Below are positions 39,371 to 46,891 of a stretch of DNA of 60,449 bases, in pieces (position 1 is the first letter of the stretch; every line of letters starts with the position of its first letter). The position numbers and the translations under genes were made by a program. Where the stretch lies: assembly GCA_010028705.1 (NCBI GenBank), contig RHAI01000003.1, forward strand, positions 1-60,449, given 5' to 3'. The notes under the pieces were generated by a model that was given only the letters and a program-made list of their open reading frames with translations, was not told the origin of the DNA and did no database searches. This DNA comes from a bacterium (GTDB lineage: Bacteria; Margulisbacteria; Marinamargulisbacteria; SXXA01).

Positions 39371-40241
39371 AATTCTACTGGCCATTGCGTGTCTTGGGAT
39401 GGTCACTGCGTCATCGATCCAAGCGAGTACGCCTGTGTTTTTGCCCGATCGTGGAAGTGTATATCCAGATACTTGGGATACGGGAGTATTTTCTGGGATG
39501 TTTCAAAATCCGACCCAACTTCGATTGGCCAAACGGGATCTGTCGATTCGGATCGATGGATCTCAAGACGGCCTCGATTACCAGCAGCTGTCGGGGGGCG
39601 TTGTCGGCAAAATAGATGATGTGGCCGTTAGTATCGGGTATTATCGATTTGGAAATGATACGTTAACACGTACCCAGCGAAATAGTTCAACCACGCGTGT
39701 CGAAGAAGCAGGGTTATTTTCGGATACCATTCAGCAAGGATCCGTTTGTATAGCGTTTTCGCCCGTCGATGGAATCGATATTGGACTGAATGCGGATCTG
39801 GTCCAAAAATCAATTGCGACGGCATCCGCGACTCAGGTGGCCGCGGGATTCGGAATTCGGTATCAGTGGGCCCCCGATGCCTGGATGAATACGTATTGGC
39901 GGCGACCGATTCAGACATCCTTGGTCTGGAGTAGTCGTGTCAGTGAATCCACCGTTGGGTCGCCATTTATCGGGCTGGAATATCGTCCGAATTGGTGTGA
40001 TATCACCGTGTCGGTATCTCCTCAAACTGTTCTGTCATCGGTCGCAATACCGTTGGCCACGGAATTTAGTATTTGTGGGTCAATTGCGGCTGGTGATGTG
40101 AATCGATATTCAATCGGCACTGAATTACGGTTAGGCGTGGGGGCAATCCAGTATATCCATACGGCGTTTAGTGAACAGTTAGTAAATGAATCTCAGGAAA
40201 TGATCGGAGTTGTGTTAAATTTTGACTATGCAGTTAAGTAA
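39351..40241 (+). CDS. hypothetical exported protein, possibly outer-membrane beta-barrel
   Basis: Signal peptide MIFDHCKILLAIACLGMVTASSIQA|S. Alternating hydrophobic strands throughout (VAVSIGYYRF, GSVCIAFSP, AAGFGIRYQW, FIGLEYRP, SIGTELRLGV). No terminal aromatic residue. Confidence 0.4.
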   Translation: MIFDHCKILLAIACLGMVTASSIQASTPVFLPDRGSVYPDTWDTGVFSGMFQNPTQLRLAKRDLSIRIDGSQDGLDYQQLSGGVVGKIDDVAVSIGYYRFGNDTLTRTQRNSSTTRVEEAGLFSDTIQQGSVCIAFSPVDGIDIGLNADLVQKSIATASATQVAAGFGIRYQWAPDAWMNTYWRRPIQTSLVWSSRVSESTVGSPFIGLEYRPNWCDITVSVSPQTVLSSVAIPLATEFSICGSIAAGDVNRYSIGTELRLGVGAIQYIHTAFSEQLVNESQEMIGVVLNFDYAVK

Positions 40242-41649
40242 AAATAAGCGAATACATTTTGTTGGGATCGGTGGGAGTGGCATGAGTGCTGTGGCCCGCA
40301 TATTGTTAGAAATGGGTTACAAAGTGTCGGGCTCTGATCTCAAGGAGTCCATTAGTACCATACGCCTCAAAGATTATGGGGCGACGATTTACTATGGCCA
40401 TTCTGAATCTAATTTGCGATTGGCGGATGTTCTGGTGGTATCGACCGCAATTTCGCATGACAACCCTGAATATGCCGATGCCGTCAAAGAAAAAATGCCG
40501 ATCTTACATCGTGCACAGATGTTGGGATTGCTGATGAATGAATTTTCTCACAAGGTGTCCGTATGTGGTACCCATGGGAAAACCACAACCTCGTCGATGG
40601 TGACCCGGGTGCTGGAGTTCGCCGGGGTCAAGCCAACGTTTTTAGTGGGCGCTGATCTCAACGATTATGGCTCCAATGCGGTATTAGGAAAAACGGATTA
40701 TTTTGTGGCGGAATCGGATGAAAGTGACGGATCCTTTTTACATTTGGCACCGTCGATTGGTGTATTTACAAATTTGGAACCCGAGCATATGGATTATTAC
40801 AAAACGTGGGAAAACGTGGTGGATCACTTTACCCAGTTCATGTCGGGTATCGTTGACCGCAATGGGTATATGGTTGTGAACGCGGATGACGATGCATTAT
40901 GTACTATTGCCGCGGCGTTTCCCTTCGATCGCGTTAAACGATTTGGTATACAAACATTGGCGCCCGTGATGGCCGTTGATCTTCAGTTTTCACCGGAAGG
41001 TACTCATTTTTCATTACAGGTAAATGGTGAATCGGTCGGCGAGGTATATCTGCAAGTGCATGGTGTGCACAACGTATACAACGCGTTAGCCGCTATTAGT
41101 GTGGCGTTGAGCGAGGGTATTAGTATTGATACGATCAAAAAGAGCTTATTTAATTTTACCGGCACTAAACGACGATATCAGCTTGTTGGAGAGGTCAATG
41201 GTATTTCTGTGTACGATGACTATGGGCATCATCCGACTGAAATTCGTGTAACACTTGATGGGGCGAAGCGTAGCTTAAATCGCCGTATTATATGTATCTT
41301 CCAACCCCATCGCTATACGCGGACACGGGACTTATTGGAAGTATTTCCGACGGCATTTGACGCCGCGTCGATTGTTGTCATTACTGAAGTATATTCCGCA
41401 AATGAGCAGAAAATAAAAGGTATTTCAGGAAAAGTGATTGTCGAGAAAATGCGAGCTAACGGATTCGAAAATGCGTATTTTGTAGCGAATAAAAGTATGA
41501 TTGCTGCCAAATTAATACCGATGTTAAATAGTAATGATGTAGTAATAACCATGGGGGCTGGCGATATTTCAACGGTAGGGAAAGAAATTGTCGCTCAGCT
41601 CAAGTCATCGCAATCCGATCCAGTTGAAAGGGAAAATCATTCTCATTAG
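40228..41649 (+). CDS. murC: UDP-N-acetylmuramate--L-alanine ligase
   Basis: IHFVGIGGSGMSAVA..VCGTHGKTTTSSM..ESDESDGSF..DDYGHHPTE. ATG 40228 is preferred over the track TTG at 40222. Confidence 0.95.
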   Translation: MQLSKNKRIHFVGIGGSGMSAVARILLEMGYKVSGSDLKESISTIRLKDYGATIYYGHSESNLRLADVLVVSTAISHDNPEYADAVKEKMPILHRAQMLGLLMNEFSHKVSVCGTHGKTTTSSMVTRVLEFAGVKPTFLVGADLNDYGSNAVLGKTDYFVAESDESDGSFLHLAPSIGVFTNLEPEHMDYYKTWENVVDHFTQFMSGIVDRNGYMVVNADDDALCTIAAAFPFDRVKRFGIQTLAPVMAVDLQFSPEGTHFSLQVNGESVGEVYLQVHGVHNVYNALAAISVALSEGISIDTIKKSLFNFTGTKRRYQLVGEVNGISVYDDYGHHPTEIRVTLDGAKRSLNRRIICIFQPHRYTRTRDLLEVFPTAFDAASIVVITEVYSANEQKIKGISGKVIVEKMRANGFENAYFVANKSMIAAKLIPMLNSNDVVITMGAGDISTVGKEIVAQLKSSQSDPVERENHSH

Positions 41650-42493
41650 GGAACAGGTTCCGTTATCCCAGCTCACGACATTTCAGAACGACGGGGTATT
41701 CCCTCGCGTCATCGACTTTGAATCTATTGCTGAAGTGGCGGCGTTCATGTCGGATCATGATCCGGAGTCATTTCATATTTTAGGGCGTGGATCGAATAGC
41801 TTAATCAATCCCGATGCATCCGTTCAGACCGTGATCCGGTTGAATCATGACGCAGTTCAGGAGGAAATTAACGGTTCGACGGTTCGATTGGGGGCTGGAA
41901 TGACGATGAATCGCATTCAGGAGTTTGCGGTTCGACATGGTTTGGCCGGCCTCGAATTTGCGGCCGGCGTGCCCGCGTCATTGGGGGGGATGGTTGCGAT
42001 GAATTTTGGCTGTTGGGGGCGGAGTGTATCGGACTTTATTTCAGCGATTCAGATCGTCGATCAATCGGGTGGTGTCCGCTGGATTACTCCGGATGACGCG
42101 CAGTTTGGATACCGTAAAAGTATCTTCTCACGCCAAAAATGGATGGTGTGTGCGGCGGAATTACGGTTGGAGCCAGCCGATCCAGACGACGTCAAATTGA
42201 GGATGCTGGCCCGAATTCGGGAACGGGCCCAAAAGCAGCCTTTGAAGGACAAGACCTTTGGCAGTATTTTTAAAAATCCGGAGGGTGCTTTTGCTGCACA
42301 ATGCATAGAAGCGGCTGGACTCAAAGGCAAGGTGTGGAATCGTGTTGAGGTGTCCGCGTCCCATGCAAACTTTCTGGTTAATCGGGGTGGGGCCACATAT
42401 TTTGAAACGATCGAGGTGCTTCATGATATTCAATCGATTGTTCAGAATGACTCGGGTATTCAATTAGAAATGGAGGTTAAGTTACTATCATGA
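41588..42493 (+). CDS. murB: UDP-N-acetylenolpyruvoylglucosamine reductase
   Basis: PLSQLTTFQ..ILGRGSN.L..GL.GLEFAAGVPASLGG...MN.G..G....D....V......G.....YR.S.F..SIFKNP; C-terminal LEMEVKLL. The start is uncertain (TTG at 41588 or 41624; both overlap murC). Confidence 0.85.
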   Translation: MSLSSSHRNPIQLKGKIILIREQVPLSQLTTFQNDGVFPRVIDFESIAEVAAFMSDHDPESFHILGRGSNSLINPDASVQTVIRLNHDAVQEEINGSTVRLGAGMTMNRIQEFAVRHGLAGLEFAAGVPASLGGMVAMNFGCWGRSVSDFISAIQIVDQSGGVRWITPDDAQFGYRKSIFSRQKWMVCAAELRLEPADPDDVKLRMLARIRERAQKQPLKDKTFGSIFKNPEGAFAAQCIEAAGLKGKVWNRVEVSASHANFLVNRGGATYFETIEVLHDIQSIVQNDSGIQLEMEVKLLS

Positions 42494-43401
42494 CACTACG
42501 GGTTGGCGTTTTTTGTGGTGGCTTCTCGGGGGAACGTTCGGTTAGTCTTCGATCGGGAAAAAATGTTGCGGAGGCCTTGCGACGACGTGGATACGCCGTC
42601 ACTGAGATTGATCCTGCCGTTGTGCCACCCAGTCAATGGACCGTCGATGTGGCGTTTTTAGCACTTCACGGACCGATGGGGGAGGATGGTGGAATTCAGG
42701 CGGTACTCCAGTCAATGAAAATTCCATTTACCGGTTCCCCGGTGTCGGCATCCGTGTTAGGCATGAACAAGATATTGACGAAGTGGATCCTTGAAACTAA
42801 CCAGATTCCTACCCCGAGATATTACATCCTGTCTAAGGATGTGTGCGTCCCATTGAACTTACCCCTGCCGGTGATCATTAAGCCAATAAATGAAGGCTCG
42901 AGTTTAGGGATCGAGATTGCCGATACACCTGAACAGTATCATGAAATATCGAATCGTTTGGTCGGTACGTATGGGTTATGTATTGTCGAGGAATTAATTG
43001 AGGGGGTCGAAATCACCGCCAGTGTTTTAGACGGCAGGGATGGGCCGACGGCTTTACCGTTGTTGGGATTAAACCCATCCAATCGGTTTTATGATTATGA
43101 CGCCAAATACACCGAAGGGAAAACCCGGTTTGAGTTACCCGCGAACGTGTCGACTGATTTGACTCTAGCTGCTCAACATATTGCCGTGCGAGCACATACT
43201 ATCATTGGCTGTCGGGGAGCCTCTCGAACGGATATGATTATTCATCCCACTCGGGGCCCGCTTGTATTAGAAATTAATACGATCCCTGGGATGACTGATA
43301 CTTCAGATTTGCCAGCGCAGGCGCGATGTGCAGGAATTGAATTCGACGACCTAGTGGAACAGATTCTAACTAATGCACTGATGCCTGAATCCATGCGGTA
43401 A
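42490..43401 (+). CDS. ddl: D-alanine--D-alanine ligase
   Basis: RVGVFCGGFSGERSVSLRSG..FLALHGPMGEDGGIQ..GS.V.AS.LGMNK..IKP..EGSS.GI..LEINTIPGMT. ATGA overlap with murB. Confidence 0.92.
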   Translation: MTLRVGVFCGGFSGERSVSLRSGKNVAEALRRRGYAVTEIDPAVVPPSQWTVDVAFLALHGPMGEDGGIQAVLQSMKIPFTGSPVSASVLGMNKILTKWILETNQIPTPRYYILSKDVCVPLNLPLPVIIKPINEGSSLGIEIADTPEQYHEISNRLVGTYGLCIVEELIEGVEITASVLDGRDGPTALPLLGLNPSNRFYDYDAKYTEGKTRFELPANVSTDLTLAAQHIAVRAHTIIGCRGASRTDMIIHPTRGPLVLEINTIPGMTDTSDLPAQARCAGIEFDDLVEQILTNALMPESMR

Positions 43402-43405
43402 GCTG

Positions 43406-44158
43406 GTGGTTCGACAGGGGTTTTCGTCGGCCGCAAAGACCTACGATTGCTATTCGATTGTGCAGTCACGGGTATTCCATCGTTTGGCGTCATTAGTGAC
43501 TCTTGAAAATCCGCTGGCTATTTTGGATATCGGATGTGGTACGGGGCGTCATACGGCCTGGTTGGGGGCCACATTTCCCAAGTCACAGGTGACAGCAATT
43601 GATATTTCGGAGGCCATGATAGAGGTGGCCGCTCGGCGGGTCTTGGCCCCCAATGTTCATTTTGTGCTGGGTGATGCGCAGACAAGTTTGCCCGAAGGGC
43701 CATTCGACCTCATTGTTGCAAATGCATCCTTGCACTGGTTTGATGACCTTCCCTCAGCACTGCCCGGAATCTTGGATCGATTGCGACCTGGCGGACAGGT
43801 TGTTTTCAGTAGCTTTGGGCCTGAAACATTTACTGAACTTCGCTTAGCCATTTCGACAGTCATCGGACGAGACGTCCTCTTGGCTGCCGGGCATTTTTCG
43901 ACATGGGATGCTATTTTTTCGTCGTTAGAATCATCTTCCCAGTCGGTAACATGTGATCAAGACCTGTTTCGGCAACGGTTTGATTCCGTGGTCGATTTAT
44001 TGAGAAATATTCGTCATTCTGGGACGCGTGGCGATGGCTTGCCCGGCACATTGTGGACTCAACGCTTAATCCGAGATGTTGAATCCGCCTATCGTGCTCG
44101 TCATCGCGATATATGGGCGACCTATCAAGTGCACTATTTTTCATGTTACCGCAGTTAA
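43406..44158 (+). CDS. bioC: malonyl-ACP O-methyltransferase (class I SAM MTase, BioC-like)
   Basis: GTG start. FSSAAKTYDCYSIVQ..ILDIGCGTGRHT..DLIVANASLHW. It lies immediately upstream of bioD. Confidence 0.7.
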   Translation: MVRQGFSSAAKTYDCYSIVQSRVFHRLASLVTLENPLAILDIGCGTGRHTAWLGATFPKSQVTAIDISEAMIEVAARRVLAPNVHFVLGDAQTSLPEGPFDLIVANASLHWFDDLPSALPGILDRLRPGGQVVFSSFGPETFTELRLAISTVIGRDVLLAAGHFSTWDAIFSSLESSSQSVTCDQDLFRQRFDSVVDLLRNIRHSGTRGDGLPGTLWTQRLIRDVESAYRARHRDIWATYQVHYFSCYRS

Positions 44159-44811
44159 CTCAGCTCCTCGGGCGGATCATTTTTCATCGTCATGTGGTGA
44201 TTGTGGGTACCGGAACCGATGTCGGGAAATCAGTTGCAACCGGAGCGCTGCTGGGAGCCCTTCGGCGAGACGGACATTCGGCAGTGTCGTTGAAATGGAT
44301 TCAGACCGGTGCTGTTGACGGTGAAACGGATGTTGATATTCACGAACGTGTCGCGGCGCGTCATTGCCGTGCTCATGCCCTCCCTGATGGTGAACGGGTA
44401 GGATACTCATTTCGGTTGGCGGCCTCACCCCATTTAGCGGCTGAAGCTGAAGGTGTCCCCATAGACAAATCTCGATGTCGTGAGATGTTTACCGCCTGGC
44501 AACAGACTCATATTGTTATGTCCGAAACGAGTGGCGGGATTTGCGTGCCGATTACACGCTCTGAGACGTTAATTGAATGGGTCGTTGATTGGAACTTGCC
44601 GGTTATTTTGGTGACATCGAATGGATTGGGGACCTTGAATCACACGTCGCTTACACTCGAAGCCCTCCGCCAGAGACATATTACGATCCTAGGATTGGTG
44701 ATTACTCCGGTGACGCCTAATCCTGGCGTTGTGGAACTTGATAATGCTCAGATGTTGGCATCAATGATGTCTGATCAGCCCGTGATTGAGTTGGGCTGGA
44801 TCCCATTGTAA
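44143..44811 (+). CDS. bioD: dethiobiotin synthase
   Basis: VVIVGTGTDVGKSVATGAL (P-loop)..SETSGGICVP. ATG 44143 is preferred over the track start at 44113. Confidence 0.85.
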   Translation: MLPQLTQLLGRIIFHRHVVIVGTGTDVGKSVATGALLGALRRDGHSAVSLKWIQTGAVDGETDVDIHERVAARHCRAHALPDGERVGYSFRLAASPHLAAEAEGVPIDKSRCREMFTAWQQTHIVMSETSGGICVPITRSETLIEWVVDWNLPVILVTSNGLGTLNHTSLTLEALRQRHITILGLVITPVTPNPGVVELDNAQMLASMMSDQPVIELGWIPL

Positions 44812-44828
44812 TTCCGTTCTGAATCATT

Positions 44829-45896
44829 CTAATCGTCGGTGCTAGGAGTCGGTAGTGAGGTTTTTTGTACAATTTCCCTTGTTGGAAATGGAATGTGTAT
44901 ATGCTCGTTTCCCAGCGCCTTGTGCAATCGTTTGATGAACTCGTGTCGAACCTCAAATTGGAATTCGAATTCCGACACTTTAAGATTGGCATTAAATGTG
45001 ATGCCCGAGTCTGTAAATCCGGTGTAACGAATCACCGGGTCAACCGTCGGCATTTTTTTTGTGAATTCAGTCTGCATCTCGGCAATAACGCCTTTGACCA
45101 CGGATTCGACATGGTTAAGGTCACTGCTAAAATCAATCGTGATTGGGACTGAAAACGATAGGTCTTTTTGAGTTCGGCCAAAATTTGTGATTACGGCTGA
45201 GGCCACCGTCGAATTTGGCACTACAATAACACTATTACTCAACGCTCGAATTGTTGTATTACGCCACGTAATATCCACAATGTAGCCTTCTTCACCCGAC
45301 CCTAATTTTATATAGTCACCCATTTTTAATTGTTGAGATGCGATGACTTGAATTCCTGAAAACAAATTTGAAAGCGTGTCTTTGAGTGCAAGAGCGACGG
45401 CCAACCCCCCAATACCCAATGCGGTAATCATTGGCGCGATGGAAATGCCAAGGGAATGTAGTAATGCGAGTCCCCCAAGAATATAGACAGTAATTTTGAT
45501 AATATTATTGAAGATGGTTGTCGTCGCAAAAAGTGATTTTTGATGCGTGTTGTAGGCCTCTAACAGCGCACTTAACGATCGCTCCGTGACCCACGTAACA
45601 AATGCGATTGTCGCTGAGACAATCACTTCGTTTAACAACGTCGCTTGAGATGCAGTGACTGGCGCCCATTCAACAGCCGTACGAAATCCAAGGAGTAAGC
45701 CCAGGAGACTTGGCGCCCCGGATAGTGCTTTGATCAGTGTATCGCTACCTTTCCAACTAGTTTTTTGACCGAATCGACGAATCCGATGCGTAATCGATCG
45801 ATCAGCGATAATTCCGATAGCGGTCACGCCCACAATTGCGATGACGGGCAATATTAAAAAATGATAGTGATGGATCTGTTGGGTCAGTGAAATCAT
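44829..45896 (-). CDS. mechanosensitive ion channel (MscS family)
   Basis: Four or so N-terminal TMs, then the pore helix and beta domain: GIGGLAVALALKDTLSNLFSGIQVI..MGDYIKLG..EGYIVDITWRNTTIR..N..VVVPNS. Confidence 0.85.
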   Translation of the reverse strand: MISLTQQIHHYHFLILPVIAIVGVTAIGIIADRSITHRIRRFGQKTSWKGSDTLIKALSGAPSLLGLLLGFRTAVEWAPVTASQATLLNEVIVSATIAFVTWVTERSLSALLEAYNTHQKSLFATTTIFNNIIKITVYILGGLALLHSLGISIAPMITALGIGGLAVALALKDTLSNLFSGIQVIASQQLKMGDYIKLGSGEEGYIVDITWRNTTIRALSNSVIVVPNSTVASAVITNFGRTQKDLSFSVPITIDFSSDLNHVESVVKGVIAEMQTEFTKKMPTVDPVIRYTGFTDSGITFNANLKVSEFEFQFEVRHEFIKRLHKALGNEHIHIPFPTREIVQKTSLPTPSTDD

Positions 45897-46068
45897 TGCA
45901 CATGCGCTCCGATGGTAGTGGGTTCGAATTGAACTATTTCGTTAAGGAGGGGCGACGTCAGTAGTGGTTTACGGACATGCCTCTGGCTCCAGTGTAATAT
46001 GTAAATTGTATTGGGACAAACTGGCGTTACCATAGCCAATATAGCCGATCAGGCTGTACTATAATGAG

Positions 46069-46647
46069 ATGTTTAAACAATACCACGACTATAAGGCCCG
46101 CTGGATCAACTTTAAGGCTCAGATTAAATCGCAAAGTGTCTTGAAATATTGGGTTGTCGAGGGCATTGAATCGATCAGTTTTGCGTTGATTTTTGCCTTG
46201 CTGATCCGTCATTTTATCGTAATGGTATCGGTAGTTCCGACGACGTCAATGGTGCCGACGTTGAAGGTCGGGGATCGATTATTGGTAAATCGAATGGTAT
46301 TTAGATTTCGTGAGCCCCAACGGGGGGACATCGTCGTGTTTAAGTCGGTGGTTGATGACCGCGATTATGTGAAGCGCCTGATTGCGTTACCCGGAGAGAC
46401 CATCGAGGTTCGTAAAGGAATTGTCTACATTAACGGTCAAGAAATCTCCTTTCCTGGGGTCAATATCCAGTACGATTATGACTTTCAAGATCCAGTAACA
46501 GTCCCACCCAATCATTTCTTTATGATGGGGGATAATCGCGCCAACTCCGCGGATAGCCGGATATGGGGCTTTGTCCCCCGTGCCAATTTAGAGGGGACCG
46601 CATGGTTTACTTTCTGGCCGATCGATCGGATGCAACCGCTTCATTAG
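46069..46647 (+). CDS. lepB: signal peptidase I
   Basis: VPTTSMVPTL (catalytic Ser)..GDIVVF..YVKRLIALPGE (Lys)..FMMGDNRANSADSR. Confidence 0.9.
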   Translation: MFKQYHDYKARWINFKAQIKSQSVLKYWVVEGIESISFALIFALLIRHFIVMVSVVPTTSMVPTLKVGDRLLVNRMVFRFREPQRGDIVVFKSVVDDRDYVKRLIALPGETIEVRKGIVYINGQEISFPGVNIQYDYDFQDPVTVPPNHFFMMGDNRANSADSRIWGFVPRANLEGTAWFTFWPIDRMQPLH

Positions 46648-46681
46648 GCGGCGGGGGGGCGTAGTTGGTTACTCGGTCGCA

Positions 46682-46891
46682 ATGGTAGTTTTAACCGTTA
46701 ATGGACGGCTGCAGGAGTTTCCCGGAGACGATCTCACGATATCGTCTGTTGTGGCGTCCATTGGAATTGTATCAAAGGGACTCATTGCTGAGGTCAATGG
46801 ACAACTCTTCCGGGCGGATGATTTCAATAGTACTCGCGTTTCAACCGGCGATCGGGTGGAGTTAATCCAGTTTATGGGTGGCGGGGGCTAG
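46682..46891 (+). CDS. thiS: ThiS/MoaD-type sulfur-carrier (ubiquitin-like) protein
   Basis: 69 aa with a beta-grasp pattern (VNG......L....V.GD.VE.I.FMGGG), ending in GG. Confidence 0.65.
   Translation: MVVLTVNGRLQEFPGDDLTISSVVASIGIVSKGLIAEVNGQLFRADDFNSTRVSTGDRVELIQFMGGGG

Noticed and set aside
45921-45929. tRNA T-loop-like GGTTCGAAT in the mscS/lepB intergenic region (possible tRNA or tRNA remnant)
   Set aside because: The flanks cannot form the T-stem (GTGGG versus TGAAC), and no acceptor or anticodon arms can be drawn.
46060-46065. Perfect TATAAT only 3 nt before the lepB ATG
   Set aside because: It is too close for a transcript that includes the ATG. The overlapping TACTAT (46057-46062, 6 nt from the ATG) fits the leaderless geometry seen elsewhere, so TATAAT itself is not called as the -10.
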